This document shows positions 1-10,483 of a stretch of 64,000 bases of DNA, in pieces; position 1 is the stretch's first letter; the number at the start of each line of letters is the position of its first letter. Source of the DNA: Bdellovibrionales bacterium (lineage in GTDB: Bacteria; Bdellovibrionota; Bdellovibrionia; Bdellovibrionales; CAYMLA01); NCBI GenBank assembly GCA_965217115.1, contig OZ244239.1, forward strand, positions 1,984,001 to 2,048,000. Direction: 5' to 3'. The notes below the pieces were generated by a model. That model ran no database searches. It saw only the letters and a list, made by a program, of their open reading frames with translations, and was not told the origin of the DNA. The translations under genes and the position numbers were made by a program.

Positions 1-377
1 ACATCGAAGACAGATGTTTTTGGAAACATCGAAGCGATCTCAATGGACAGAGGATCAAGGCCCGCCGCCAGAATAATCACCTGGCTGTTTTTACTGGAGT
101 CGTCGATCCCACTATTAGTAGATGAATTGTTAGATAAACAGCTGAATAAGAAATCAAAGGCGAGTTTTTTTATAGCATATTTTCTATTTGTTATAACTTG
201 ACTGTAAGAGGGCCATATTTTTTCATAATCTCGCACTAAGGCTTGTCCTTCAGTGAGATCAATGGATTCTAAGTACTGTGAAGTGTTGGGATGGGCAGAG
301 GAGTCTTTGTCAGTCCAGAGAAGGACAAGAGCTGATGTGGGGGAGAGTTTACACTTAGAGTGTTTTGGCTTTTTCAA
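1..377 (-). CDS. Class I SAM-dependent methyltransferase (leucine carboxyl methyltransferase-like), 3' end outside window
   Basis: Not in the ORF track. Manual translation from TTG at 377: MKKPKHSKCKLSPTSALVLLW...ITNRKYAIKK...QVIILAAGLDPLSIEIASMFPKTSVFD; QVIILAAGLD and VFD resemble LCM-type motif I/post-I. Starts 7 bp after the tdh stop. Confidence 0.6.
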   Translation of the reverse strand, partial: MKKPKHSKCKLSPTSALVLLWTDKDSSAHPNTSQYLESIDLTEGQALVRDYEKIWPSYSQVITNRKYAIKKLAFDFLFSCLSNNSSTNSGIDDSSKNSQVIILAAGLDPLSIEIASMFPKTSVFD

Positions 378-383
378 TATGAA

Positions 384-1412
384 TTACTCCCAGTTAAGAA
401 TGACTTTACCCGATTTTCCGCTAAGCATCGTTTCAAACCCTTGTTGGTAGTCATCAATTGAAAAATGATGGGTAATAACAGGCGATATGTTCAAACCACT
501 TTGAAGCATTGTCTTCATCTTATACCAAGTTTCAAACATTTCACGGCCGTAAATACCTTTCAATGTTAAACCCTTAAAAACAATTTGATTCCAATCAATA
601 ACCATGTTTTCAGGAAATATTCCAAGGCTGGCAATACGTCCTCCATTATTCATAGTATCCAACATATCTTGAAGAGCCTGGGCATTACCTGACATTTCAA
701 GACCGACATCAAACCCCTCAGTCATATTGAGTTCATTAAGGATGTCTTTTAAGTTCTCATTGTTTGTATTCACTGTGCGAACTTTAGGATCTATCTTACG
801 TGCAAGCTCTAAGCGGTGTTCATTGATATCAGTGATGACGATATGTCTTGCGCCGATATGACGACAAATAGCCACGGCCATAATACCGATGGGGCCAGCT
901 CCAGTGATAAGGGTGTCCTCTCCTATGGAGTCAAAAGTAAGGGCGGTGTGGACAGAATTACCAAGAGGGTCAAGGATAGAGGCCGTGTCATCAGAGATAT
1001 CGTCAGGAATAGGAAAAGCATTTGTTGCAGGAATAGACAAGAATTCTGCAAAGGCTCCTTGACGATTAACCCCAATACTAACAGTGTTGCGACAGAGGTG
1101 ACGACGACCTGCTCGACAGTTGCGGCAATAAGCACAGGTGAGATGACCTTCCCCTGAAACACGATCACCAACTTGATAGCCACTGACGTGAGAGCCAACT
1201 TCATGGATGATGCCAACAAACTCATGCCCTGTTATCATAGGAACAGGGATATTCTTCTGTGACCACTCATCCCATTTATAGATATGAATATCCGTTCCGC
1301 AAATAGCTGTTTTTTTAATCTTGATAAGAAGATCATTAGCTCCACACTCTGGCTTAGGAGCATCAATCATCCAGAGACCCACTTCTTTCTTTGTTTTAGC
1401 CAATGCCTTCAT
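384..1412 (-). CDS. tdh: L-threonine 3-dehydrogenase
   Basis: [20 protein letters not shown], structural Zn cluster CxxCxxC-x7-[21 protein letters not shown]; overlaps kbl by 4 bp. Confidence 0.97.
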   Translation of the reverse strand: MKALAKTKKEVGLWMIDAPKPECGANDLLIKIKKTAICGTDIHIYKWDEWSQKNIPVPMITGHEFVGIIHEVGSHVSGYQVGDRVSGEGHLTCAYCRNCRAGRRHLCRNTVSIGVNRQGAFAEFLSIPATNAFPIPDDISDDTASILDPLGNSVHTALTFDSIGEDTLITGAGPIGIMAVAICRHIGARHIVITDINEHRLELARKIDPKVRTVNTNNENLKDILNELNMTEGFDVGLEMSGNAQALQDMLDTMNNGGRIASLGIFPENMVIDWNQIVFKGLTLKGIYGREMFETWYKMKTMLQSGLNISPVITHHFSIDDYQQGFETMLSGKSGKVILNWE

Positions 1413-2596
1413 TTGATGACCCCTAGTTGTTGACCGATTTTCTTAAAGCCAAGAACAGCTTTTTTAATATCTTCTTCGCTGTGAGCTGCGGACATTTGCG
1501 CACGGATACGGGCTTTTTCTTTAGGAACAACAGGATAGGAGAAGCCAACTACATAAATACCTTCCTTGAGAAGCTCGTCAGACATCTTATTTGCAAGAGA
1601 GGCATCACCTAACATAACTGGTATTATGGGATGTTCTCCTGGGAGAAGTTCAAAACCAGAAGAGATCATCTCTTGGCGAAAAAGTTTTGAATTACTTTTA
1701 AGTTTTTTTCTAAGGACAACGGAGGATTGTAAGATATCCAGAACTTTCAAGGATGTTTTTACAATGACAGGAGCAAGGGAGTTAGAGAATAAGTAGGGTC
1801 GAGAACGTTGGCGCAGCCACTCAATGACTTCCTTCCGTCCTGAGGTGTATCCACCAGAGGCTCCTCCGAGGGCCTTTCCCAAAGTTCCTGTGATAATGTC
1901 TATGCGTTTTAAAACATGACAGTGTTCATGTGTTCCTCGACCATTATCTCCCATAAATCCTACTCCATGGGAATCGTCAACCATAACCATGGCATTGTAT
2001 TTATCAGCTAAATCACAGATAGCTTCAAGATTGGCGATAAAACCATCCATAGAGAAAACACCATCTGTGGCAATGAGTTTATAACGACAGTTTTTTGTAT
2101 TCGCTTCTTTGAGTTGAGTTTCTAGGTCGGTCATATCATTGTTTTTATAACGATAGCGCCGGGCTTTGCATAGACGAATGCCATCAATAATGGAGGCATG
2201 GTTAAGGGAGTCACTGATAACGGCATCCTCAGGGCCAAGAATAGTTTCAAAGAGGCCTCCATTGGCATCAAAGCAGGAGGTGTAGAGGATCGTGTCTTCA
2301 GTGCCAAGAAACCCACTGAGTCTTTCTTCGAGTTCTTTGTGAATATCTTGTGTTCCACAGATAAAACGCACACTGGATAAGCCAAAACCATACCGTTCAA
2401 TAGCTCCCTGGGCAGTTTTAATAAGTTCTGGGTGATTGGAGAGACCTAGATAATTGTTGGCGCAAAAATTAATGACATCCTCTCCGTCGGCAATGATAGA
2501 TGACTGCTGTGGGGATGTGATGACTCGCTCATTCTTATAAAGTCCAGCGTCTTTAATATTTTCGAGTTCACTATTTAGATGTTGGGTAAAGTTCAT
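1409..2596 (-). CDS. kbl: 2-amino-3-ketobutyrate CoA ligase (glycine C-acetyltransferase)
   Basis: [23 protein letters not shown] lysine in [25 protein letters not shown]; paired with tdh. Confidence 0.97.
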   Translation of the reverse strand: MNFTQHLNSELENIKDAGLYKNERVITSPQQSSIIADGEDVINFCANNYLGLSNHPELIKTAQGAIERYGFGLSSVRFICGTQDIHKELEERLSGFLGTEDTILYTSCFDANGGLFETILGPEDAVISDSLNHASIIDGIRLCKARRYRYKNNDMTDLETQLKEANTKNCRYKLIATDGVFSMDGFIANLEAICDLADKYNAMVMVDDSHGVGFMGDNGRGTHEHCHVLKRIDIITGTLGKALGGASGGYTSGRKEVIEWLRQRSRPYLFSNSLAPVIVKTSLKVLDILQSSVVLRKKLKSNSKLFRQEMISSGFELLPGEHPIIPVMLGDASLANKMSDELLKEGIYVVGFSYPVVPKEKARIRAQMSAAHSEEDIKKAVLGFKKIGQQLGVIK

Positions 2597-2638
2597 TTTC
2601 CATATCCTCTTAGGGAAGTTATCTTAACAATGCTTGCA

Positions 2639-3085
2639 TTAGTGAATACCAAATGTCTGCCCGTATTCCCAGATTTTGTTGTTATTAGAGCTGTTGTTAA
2701 GATGATATTCTATGATAACGCCATGTTTTTTTTTATGTTCCCAATTAATAATGTTAATGTCTAAATCATACTGACCATTTTTCTGAGTATTATTTAAGAA
2801 AAAAGGAATCGCCGTAATAAACTGTTCTTTGCTATCACCTAAATACGAGAGAGAGGTTTTTTTTATTTTATTAAGAGCCTTGGGATTACGATTTAAGAGA
2901 TTGTCAGAGTAGTGGGAGACAAACCATTGCAAATAGATCTGCTGCTTAGGGGGTAACATAGATAGAGCCATAGGACTCTTGCAAATAAGCAAGAGCAACC
3001 CAATGCTGGTAAGGGACAGCGCTATAAAATAGGAAAAAGCCCGAATCATAGGGGGTATTATCAGGTTTATTTTAAAAAGAGACAA
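2639..3085 (-). CDS. Hypothetical membrane-anchored protein
   Basis: 148-aa ORF with N-terminal hydrophobic segment; no recognised motif; start uncertain. Confidence 0.5.
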   Translation of the reverse strand: MSLFKINLIIPPMIRAFSYFIALSLTSIGLLLLICKSPMALSMLPPKQQIYLQWFVSHYSDNLLNRNPKALNKIKKTSLSYLGDSKEQFITAIPFFLNNTQKNGQYDLDINIINWEHKKKHGVIIEYHLNNSSNNNKIWEYGQTFGIH

Positions 3086-3298
3086 GGTGTTAGAGTGGCT
3101 CAGAAGCCATCAGTCATGACAAAAAAGGGGGGAGTCCTGTGGTCATCTCTAGGTCACTCTAAGTAGCTAGAATTAAAGGTTAAACATACATTTTGCGGAG
3201 AGCTGTACAGAAAATCGTCATGTTTGCAATTCTGCCTAATAAGTAGATTCCACAGAAAAACCTTGTATTTACAGTAACTTATGGATATCAAGAAAAAC

Positions 3299-3314
3299 TG
3301 GCATGGCCTTTGGA
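3299..3314 (+). promoter_or_regulatory. Possible sigma-54 (-24/-12) promoter
   Basis: TGGCAT-GGCCT-TTGGA versus consensus TGGCAC-N5-TTGCW, 40 bp before the probable start (3354) of the vWA gene. Confidence 0.3.
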
Positions 3315-4544
3315 CTTAGAAAGGGTGTGAAACTCTGTTTAAAGGCGGGATGTATGAAACTTTATTGTCGATCTATTATAATTTCTGCGGTTGTGGGTGC
3401 CTATGTTGCCTGTGCCCCAGTAGAGTTTGTAGAGAATGAATCATTTGTCTGTAATGACTTATTGGATGAATGCACGCGAGTGACTCCCACAGGAATAGAT
3501 TATGAGCATAGGGTTTCTGCTCCTGGTAAGAATGTGGACATCCTCTTTGTTGTCGATAACTCAGGGTCTATGTCATTTGAACAGAATGAAATAGCCAATC
3601 GTTTTAATGGTTTCTTAGCGCAGTTAGACGGTAAAGAGATGAATTATCACATTGCAATGACAACGACGGATATATCATCTTCTAGTAATCCATCCCGTTC
3701 TATTAATAAGAATGGTGTTTTGCAGGATGGGAAGTTGCTTCAATTAGTAGATAGCAATGGCAATGGCACGGGCCAATACATAATTAAGAGAGACCAGTCT
3801 AATCGTGAGGAACTTTTTGAAAAAACGATTATGCGTCCAGAGACACTGGCCTGTGAAAACTGGTTGAATAGCTTCAATTCAGGAAGCGATCCTTTAACAA
3901 GAGTTAATGAGAGAGAAGCTGCTATAGCTAATTGTCCTTCATTTGATGAGAGAGGGATTGTGGCGGCAGGTAAAGCTGTAGAACGTAACGAGCATGGATT
4001 TTTACGGAGAAATGCCCATACAGCAATTGTTATTATTTCCGATGAAGATGAAAGAAGTGTTGGTGCTGACGGAGTTGCAGACAGTAGATACGCAAATGCT
4101 AAATATGGAATCGAAACCGAGGATCGACCTGAGGTTTTCATTGAAGATTTTAAATATAAATTTGGCGTGAATAAAACATTGACGGTTCACTCGATTATCG
4201 TCAAACCAGGGGATGTATCTTGCTTAAACATTCAGAATGCTCAAACTAATGGTGTGAAAGGTTTTGAAGGTGATTTTTATGAAAAACTCTCAAACCTAAC
4301 TAGTGGAGTTGTAGGGGATGTGTGTGCCAGTAACTACACAAGTCAGTTAGAAGCCATCGGTTCAACCATCGCTCAACAGACGGTATCCATTGCAATTCAC
4401 TGTTCTAGTCCTGAGAGTCTGAAAGTGGCCTTTTCTCCAGTAGAGAACGCTGTTCCCTATGAAGTTATGGATAGTAAAATAGTTTTTGATGACGCCTTGG
4501 ATGCCAATACTTCAGTGACGGTTTCATACAGTTGTAAGAATTAA
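3303..4544 (+). CDS. vWA/MIDAS-domain lipoprotein (probable start 3354)
   Basis: DILFVVDNSGSM (DxSxS MIDAS), IAMTTTD, IVIISDEDE, VGDVCASNY; lipobox-like AYVA|C after MKLYCRS... Confidence 0.85.
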   Translation: MAFGLRKGVKLCLKAGCMKLYCRSIIISAVVGAYVACAPVEFVENESFVCNDLLDECTRVTPTGIDYEHRVSAPGKNVDILFVVDNSGSMSFEQNEIANRFNGFLAQLDGKEMNYHIAMTTTDISSSSNPSRSINKNGVLQDGKLLQLVDSNGNGTGQYIIKRDQSNREELFEKTIMRPETLACENWLNSFNSGSDPLTRVNEREAAIANCPSFDERGIVAAGKAVERNEHGFLRRNAHTAIVIISDEDERSVGADGVADSRYANAKYGIETEDRPEVFIEDFKYKFGVNKTLTVHSIIVKPGDVSCLNIQNAQTNGVKGFEGDFYEKLSNLTSGVVGDVCASNYTSQLEAIGSTIAQQTVSIAIHCSSPESLKVAFSPVENAVPYEVMDSKIVFDDALDANTSVTVSYSCKN

Positions 4545-4578
4545 AAAAAAAGCCGTTTTAATTCAAGATTAGAACGGC
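4543..4578 (-). terminator. Intrinsic terminator between convergent vWA and FKBP genes
   Basis: GCCGTTTTAAT-TCAAG-ATTAGAACGGC hairpin preceded by an A9 tract (U-tract on the minus strand). Confidence 0.7.
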
Positions 4579-4655
4579 GAAGTTGATTTTCTATTTAAAA
4601 ATAAGACCTATAGTCATTCAAGCATGTTTTAAAGCAGATTTACAATGGCTGCCAA

Positions 4656-5375
4656 TTACTTTCCTTTCTTTCGAAGTTTCTTTGATGTCTTCTTTGTCTT
4701 ATTCTTTAGGATATCGAGCAATTCAACTTCAAACACCAAAACAGAGTTGGCTGGAATACTAGGTCGTCCTCTCTCACCGTAGGCCAAGTTGCTAGGGATA
4801 TAGAGCATCCACTTGGACCCTTTTGACATTAACTGTAAAGCCTCAGTCCAACCAGGAATAACTCCTTTTACAGGAAACTCAGCAGGAGTGCCACGTTTGC
4901 GAGAGCTATCAAATTCAGTGTCATCGAGAAGTTTTCCTACATAGTGGACTCTAACTTTAGAGTTAGCAGAAGGTTTTGGGCCTTTACCATTGGTTAAAAC
5001 CTTGTACTGTAGGCCTGATTTTGTGGTTTTAACACCAGATTTCTTTTTATTCTCTTCAAGAAATTTGAGACCTTCGGCCTTACTTTTCTCAGCTTTTTGC
5101 TTTTTCTCAGCCATGAGTTTTTCTCTCATTTTTTGAATAGCCTCTGTTTTTTCTTTGTCAGTTAAGCGACTTTTCCGGCCTTTTAAAACGTCGTCTATCG
5201 CAGCAGCGACAAGGTCAACATTGGCATCAACACCTTGAGCCTTCATTCCCTGACCGATTTGCCAACCAATGGTATAACTGGCTTTTTGTTCGTCAGTTTT
5301 GAGGGGGGGATTTTTCTTATCATTACACCCTGTGAAAGTAATGAAGGCTGTTAAAGTTATAATTAATCGAAACAT
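4656..5375 (-). CDS. FKBP-type peptidyl-prolyl isomerase (FkpA/Mip-like lipoprotein)
   Basis: KASYTIG N-domain, TKSGLQYKVL, VHYVGKLLDDTEFDSS, VIPGWTEALQLM, LAYG, LVFEVELL; lipobox FTG|C. Confidence 0.95.
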   Translation of the reverse strand: MFRLIITLTAFITFTGCNDKKNPPLKTDEQKASYTIGWQIGQGMKAQGVDANVDLVAAAIDDVLKGRKSRLTDKEKTEAIQKMREKLMAEKKQKAEKSKAEGLKFLEENKKKSGVKTTKSGLQYKVLTNGKGPKPSANSKVRVHYVGKLLDDTEFDSSRKRGTPAEFPVKGVIPGWTEALQLMSKGSKWMLYIPSNLAYGERGRPSIPANSVLVFEVELLDILKNKTKKTSKKLRKKGK

Positions 5376-5441
5376 GATATCCTCTCTTTTTTTAAGTGAA
5401 TAGATTCACGAGAGATTACGACAAAATGCTCAAGGTAGAAA

Positions 5442-6956
5442 CTATTTATTACGGGAACTGGGGCGCTGTGTCGTAACCTGTTCTTGTTCGAGAAAGTTCT
5501 GGATATTTTGGTGATAGGAGGAGTTCTTTGCTCTTCCCATGGGAGAGGCCCTTTGCTCGCAGTTGCTTATAGAGCACCTTTCACAGGTTTGCCCAACCTC
5601 TTTTCTGGTGATGACCGAGTCTTCAGAGAAGGAGATAAGTCTCTTGGCATTCTCATCCATGGAAATACCTAATGTGAAGCCCACTTTTATATCCGAGTTG
5701 AGTTCCTGGTCTTCGGCAACTGAGAGACAGAGGTAATCTGTTTTTTCGTCGATAAAGAAGGAACGTTGAATGCCAGCAGTAAGACTCCTCGGGTTGTCTT
5801 TGCAAAGATTTTGTAAGAGAGAGGTGGTGATCCAACGTCGACAGTACTGTTCATCATTTTTAATTTCATGGGGGGAATGGAGCTGGGATAAATGAAGTTC
5901 TTGTGACAGATAAAAGTGCTCCTGTTTGGTGTCGTAGTAGAATTTTAAATAGAAGATATCTTTTAAATTAAAAAATGTGGGCAAAACCTGAGTGAGACGT
6001 TGAAAGAAGGTCTCTGTTGTTCCAGAGTAGGTCTGAATCCATTGGGAAAACCCTTGCCCATCCCATTTATCTTCAAGGAAGAGGTTTTTTATTTGACCGA
6101 TAAATGTTTGTTGCGGGATTAAAAAAGCGTTGGAGAAGTAAGTAGCTTGAAAATCATTATAAAGTTGAGAGAGTGACTCTAGTTCAAAGTTTGAAGTCAA
6201 GGGTCGCTCTTTAAGCTTCATATAGGAAAAGGCAATTTCCTTTAAAAGAATTGAGTAAAGAGATTTAGGAGAGATGTTCCCGTTGATGAAAGTAGTTATA
6301 GCACTTCCTTTTTTTTTGCAAAAGAAAGTTAATGATTGAATTTCTAAGGGGTAATCGTCGAAAGATTCAATGATGACGTCTTTTCCAAAAACTGAGTTGA
6401 GAGTTTCAACAAGAAAACCTACAGGGGGAAGTTGGGAAAAATCTGAGAGATTAAGCTCAGTTTTGAATGCCTTTACTTTTTCTTCTATCTGGGGGAAAAA
6501 ATTATCATGACTGTTAAGATGGCCCCTTAAAATAGCAATAAAAAAATCTTCCACTTGAATACTGTGTATGCGCATTATTTCTAAAAATGTAGCTAAGAGT
6601 TGTTTCATTTGTTTTGGGTTTTTTGTTAATGACTGGAAAATGGTCCGGTTGGAGAATCCTAATAATTCAAGGGGGAGTTCAGTGACAAATTGAGATTTTA
6701 AAGTCTGTGAAAGATTTAAGAACTCCTTATTGAGTTCAAAGGAAGAGAGCTGCTGCTCTGGGACTGAGAGTGCCTGAGAGAGCAGGGTGATTTTATCAGA
6801 GCGAGGGTATTTTTTTCCCTGTTCAATCTCGTTGAGATAAGATGGAGAAAGCCCTGATTTGAGTGAGAGTTCTTTTAAGGAAAGATTCTGATTTTTCCTC
6901 AACCCCCTTAATTTAAACCCTAGAATAAGGCGCAACATTTCTTTATTAAGAATCAT
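5442..6956 (-). CDS. XRE-family regulator, RamB/PrpR/ScfR-like
   Basis: N-terminal HTH (LSLKELSLKSGLSPSYLNEIEQGKKYP), NFFPQIEE, YCRRW, C-terminal TCERC-x4-C-x2-R cysteine cluster. Confidence 0.75.
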   Translation of the reverse strand: MILNKEMLRLILGFKLRGLRKNQNLSLKELSLKSGLSPSYLNEIEQGKKYPRSDKITLLSQALSVPEQQLSSFELNKEFLNLSQTLKSQFVTELPLELLGFSNRTIFQSLTKNPKQMKQLLATFLEIMRIHSIQVEDFFIAILRGHLNSHDNFFPQIEEKVKAFKTELNLSDFSQLPPVGFLVETLNSVFGKDVIIESFDDYPLEIQSLTFFCKKKGSAITTFINGNISPKSLYSILLKEIAFSYMKLKERPLTSNFELESLSQLYNDFQATYFSNAFLIPQQTFIGQIKNLFLEDKWDGQGFSQWIQTYSGTTETFFQRLTQVLPTFFNLKDIFYLKFYYDTKQEHFYLSQELHLSQLHSPHEIKNDEQYCRRWITTSLLQNLCKDNPRSLTAGIQRSFFIDEKTDYLCLSVAEDQELNSDIKVGFTLGISMDENAKRLISFSEDSVITRKEVGQTCERCSISNCEQRASPMGRAKNSSYHQNIQNFLEQEQVTTQRPSSRNK

Positions 6957-7118
6957 GGATGAGTTCCTGTCTGGTTATTCTTCATAAGTATAGCACTGAC
7001 CATTATAGGATCTAGTTTTTTTTAGAACACGCCTAAATGTACGCCTCTGATATAACTTGATGCGTTGGGGGCGAGGTTTTTCATTGAGGTTTTTTATGTG
7101 AATCTGTTGAAATAGGTA

Positions 7119-8375
7119 ATGCCAAAAGTGAGGTTATGCTTATTATTATTTCCTATTTTAACTGGTTGTTCTTTTATAAATGACAGTGAAAGTTTAAAAC
7201 AGGAACCAGTTTTAAATAAGACCTCCTATCGTGTAAGTTCTGTGAGGGTAAAAAAGAATTCTAATATTTCTGAGACATTAAAAAACCTAGGTATGAACTC
7301 GCAAGAGGTTTATGATGTCACAGAATCAGCGAGATCCCTTCTTGATTTTTCTAAGGTACTGGTCGGAACTGAACTTATTATCTTTAGAGATTTACCGCCA
7401 TTAAAAAAAATCATGAAACTGCAGTTAAAAATATCTGATGTTCGTGATCTTATTTGGAATTATCAGGATGGAAATTGGAAGGCCTTATTTAAAGATAAAG
7501 ATGTGCAGTTTAGAGCGTTGGGTTTTTCTGGCGAGGTGAGTCAGTCTTTGTGGGATTCAGCTTTGGAGTCTGGCTTGAGCCCCCAAATTATTATTGATTT
7601 GGCTGATATTTTGGCATGGCAAGTGGATTTTGCTAGAGAAGTTCGTAAGGGCGATTATTGGAGAATTCTTGTTAATCAGCGTCTGGTTGATGGAAAGCCA
7701 CTAGGGTGGGGGAAAATTTTAGCAGCCGAGTATAAAGGTTATAAAAGCTCTTATATAGCTGTCTTGTACCCAGAAAAAGGAAGGAATCGCCAAGGGTACT
7801 TTAACCTGCTCGGACAGAGTATGAGAGGTCAATTTCTAAAAAGCCCTATTAAATTTGGTAGAATTAGTTCCCGATTCCAGAAAAATCGGTTTCACCCTAT
7901 TTTGAAAGTGAGGAGACCCCATTTAGGGGTGGATTATGCGGCGCCGAGGGGAACTCCAGTCAGAGCGGTGGGGGATGGTGTGGTTTTTAGGAAAGGGTAC
8001 ACACGTGGATCGGGAAAATTCCTAAAAATCCGTCATAATTCTATTTATAAAACGGCCTACAGGCACTTGAGCCGTTTTGCGAGGGGAATTAAGAGGAGAT
8101 CCCATGTTCGTCAGGGGCAAATCATAGGTTATGTGGGGTCGACAGGTTTAGCCACAGGGCCACATTTGCATTTTGAATTTTATCAGAATGACCGTTTTAT
8201 AGATCCTTTGGGGCAGAAGTTTCCCCGTGTGAATTCATTGCCCGATGGAGAGAAGGATGCGTATAAGAAATACGCTGAAAAAATCATCAGCTACTTTCCT
8301 CTTAAGCGCTACGAAGAAAAAAGTGAAGCTTCTAAATTTAGAGACTCCTATTTTAAGGAATACAAAAGTAAATGA
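7119..8375 (+). CDS. M23 peptidoglycan endopeptidase (lipoprotein, OapA/MepM-like)
   Basis: RFHPILKVRRPHLGVDYAAPRGTPV (HxxxD), YRHL, GYVGSTGLATGPHLHFE; lipobox LTG|C. Confidence 0.93.
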   Translation: MPKVRLCLLLFPILTGCSFINDSESLKQEPVLNKTSYRVSSVRVKKNSNISETLKNLGMNSQEVYDVTESARSLLDFSKVLVGTELIIFRDLPPLKKIMKLQLKISDVRDLIWNYQDGNWKALFKDKDVQFRALGFSGEVSQSLWDSALESGLSPQIIIDLADILAWQVDFAREVRKGDYWRILVNQRLVDGKPLGWGKILAAEYKGYKSSYIAVLYPEKGRNRQGYFNLLGQSMRGQFLKSPIKFGRISSRFQKNRFHPILKVRRPHLGVDYAAPRGTPVRAVGDGVVFRKGYTRGSGKFLKIRHNSIYKTAYRHLSRFARGIKRRSHVRQGQIIGYVGSTGLATGPHLHFEFYQNDRFIDPLGQKFPRVNSLPDGEKDAYKKYAEKIISYFPLKRYEEKSEASKFRDSYFKEYKSK

Positions 8376-8413
8376 GCAGGCCGTCTCATAAATAATCACA
8401 GCCTTTGTTATTT

Positions 8414-8992
8414 TTATGAAAATTCTTGGTTACAGAAATCCCAGTTTACAAGATTCCAAAAGCTCTCGACGTATTTGGGACGTGCATTGCGATAATCCAC
8501 ATAATAGGCATGCTCCCAAACATCACAAGTTAAAATAGGTATGACTCCGTCAGTGAGAGGGCAGCCAGCATTTTGAGTTTGAATGATTGAGAGTTTCCCA
8601 GAACTGTCTTTTACGAGCCATGCCCACCCAGAGCCGAATAAAGTAACTGCAGCTTTAGAGAACTGTTCTTTGAAATCAACAAAGGAGCCAAAATCTTTAC
8701 TGATGGCATCAGCCAGAGCGCCGCTAGGTTCTCCGCCCCCTTTGGGTGAAAGACAATTCCAGTAGAAAGAGTGGTTAAAAACCTGTGCGGCATTGTTGAA
8801 CATTCCGCCGTTGGATTTTGTAATAATATCCTCAAGGCTGGCATCAGAAAACTCGGTGCCTTCAATAAGGCCATTGAGTTTATCGACATAAGATTGATGA
8901 TGTTTTCCATAATGAAATTCTAGAGTTTCTTTTGAAATATGAGGCTGAAGAGCATCCATTGAATAGGGAAGCACTGGTAATTTTATAGACAT
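8414..8992 (-). CDS. sodB: Fe superoxide dismutase
   Basis: HYGKHHQSY, FNNAAQVFNHSFYW (Fe-type AAQ), FGSGWAWL, DVWEHAYY. Confidence 0.95.
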   Translation of the reverse strand: MSIKLPVLPYSMDALQPHISKETLEFHYGKHHQSYVDKLNGLIEGTEFSDASLEDIITKSNGGMFNNAAQVFNHSFYWNCLSPKGGGEPSGALADAISKDFGSFVDFKEQFSKAAVTLFGSGWAWLVKDSSGKLSIIQTQNAGCPLTDGVIPILTCDVWEHAYYVDYRNARPKYVESFWNLVNWDFCNQEFS

Positions 8993-9059
8993 ATTAACTC
9001 CTAGATGAAATTTTAAATATACAGTAGAGATATAGCAGAGACTTCTTCTCTCTTCAAGT

Positions 9060-10010
9060 CTATTTTGTAACGGTGATCCCTAGCTGTTCCTCAATGTCCT
9101 TCTTCAGTTTTTCGTCAGGGCTGAGAGTTTTAGCTCTTGAGACACCTTGGCTAAGATCGAAGGCTTGGTAGAGTGTTTCGAGATATTCATCATTGGTTAG
9201 AGACAGAAAGAAGGAGGTGCTTCTGCAATTGGCTTTGAATTTAGCTATCTTAGAACTGGGTTTATTAGAGTGGAACTTTATCCCTTGGGAGTTGGAGCTG
9301 AGTTTCATCTCAATATTGTTATCATTCACTATTGTGGCTAGAGAGGTTATTTTGCAGGGGATAGAGATATGAGTTGTGACTTCTCTATCTGTGTAAATGC
9401 CCTTGTTATTAAGCGCAGAGGGTTTGAGTTTTAATATTTTCTCATCCCAGGCTGATATTTTGAAAGCGACTTTTTGAATAGAGAGGCGGATTTTGAGTTT
9501 AATAAGATAGCTGGTCGTGGGCTTGGCGATGTTTTGAGCATTGAGCTTTTGTGTTATGTAAAAAAAAGCAATATAGGTGTTTGTCTTTTTATTCCTTAAT
9601 ATTTTTTTTATAGAAACCTTCTGCCAGCCCATATTGTCCGAAAAATAGTCAAGGGTGTGTCTGTATTCACTTAAGACTTTCTTTTCCAAGTGAGGGCTGA
9701 AGTGTGAGCTTATGAATGTAAGTTTCTTCTCAATACCAGGTGCGTCACTAAGACGACCAGTCGCTGTTAGATCAGTCTCCCTTAAATCAGTCTCAGTTAA
9801 ACCAGTCTTAGTTAAACCAATAGTGTAGTAATGTCTCAAAAAACCCCTCAAAAACACCCCCCCTCTCTCCGTGTGAGTTTTTTTTACCTCTTGGGTTTTA
9901 TTAGAATCCGGAAAGGGAAAAAAAGAGAAATAGGTCGCGATGACTGCCCACGTAAATAAGAAGAGGGAAAGTCCCCTGTAGCTATTGATCTTAATCTTAT
10001 CTGTCGTCAT
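9060..10010 (-). CDS. Hypothetical bitopic membrane protein, possibly VirB8/TraE-like periplasmic domain
   Basis: Single N-terminal TM helix followed by an alpha+beta pattern; fold call is an inference. Confidence 0.55.
   Translation of the reverse strand: MTTDKIKINSYRGLSLFLFTWAVIATYFSFFPFPDSNKTQEVKKTHTERGGVFLRGFLRHYYTIGLTKTGLTETDLRETDLTATGRLSDAPGIEKKLTFISSHFSPHLEKKVLSEYRHTLDYFSDNMGWQKVSIKKILRNKKTNTYIAFFYITQKLNAQNIAKPTTSYLIKLKIRLSIQKVAFKISAWDEKILKLKPSALNNKGIYTDREVTTHISIPCKITSLATIVNDNNIEMKLSSNSQGIKFHSNKPSSKIAKFKANCRSTSFFLSLTNDEYLETLYQAFDLSQGVSRAKTLSPDEKLKKDIEEQLGITVTK
9756..9819. repeat. In-frame 15-bp degenerate tandem repeat (about 4 copies)
   Basis: accagtcgctgttag/atcagtctcccttaa/atcagtctcagttaa/accagtcttagttaa, encoding LTKTG-LTETD-LRETD-LTATG. 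Confidence 0.85.
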
Positions 10011-10012
10011 AA

Positions 10013-10483
10013 TCAGTTCTTAGTGTTTATTTTTTCTATCATCATATCTTGATGAAATTTTCTATTTTCGCCATCGGAGATCCATTTGTCCATTTTATAA
10101 ACCTTCCATTTAACTTTTTTCGTTCGTTTTTTCTCAAAGGGAGTTTTGAAGAATCCCTTGCCTTCAGTGATGAGTTGAAATTCAGATTTACTTTTAAGCG
10201 TGGTATTCTCTAGTCTCAGCTTCTTAAGTTCCTCGTCATCATTGAAATAATAATTACCGAAGAGGGCCGTTGCGGCGATAAAAGCAGATCCCCAGGTCAG
10301 AGCATGGAATTCAGGTTTTTCGTTTACGGGGGTTGTAGCAAGACCAACACCAGCTCCGATGGGCATGGCTAGCCCCATGGCTGCCCATCTAGATTTAGAG
10401 TTAGTTGCACAGCCAAAAACAAAAAAAACGAGTAGGAAAACGCGCACAAGTTCAAGTTTTAGGGCTTTTGAGATGAATTTCAA
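10013..10483 (-). CDS. Hypothetical lipoprotein with glycine-rich hydrophobic helices
   Basis: Lipobox VFG|C, PIGAGVG and WGSAFIAATALFG segments; ends 2 bp before the next gene starts. Confidence 0.7.
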   Translation of the reverse strand: MKFISKALKLELVRVFLLVFFVFGCATNSKSRWAAMGLAMPIGAGVGLATTPVNEKPEFHALTWGSAFIAATALFGNYYFNDDEELKKLRLENTTLKSKSEFQLITEGKGFFKTPFEKKRTKKVKWKVYKMDKWISDGENRKFHQDMMIEKINTKN

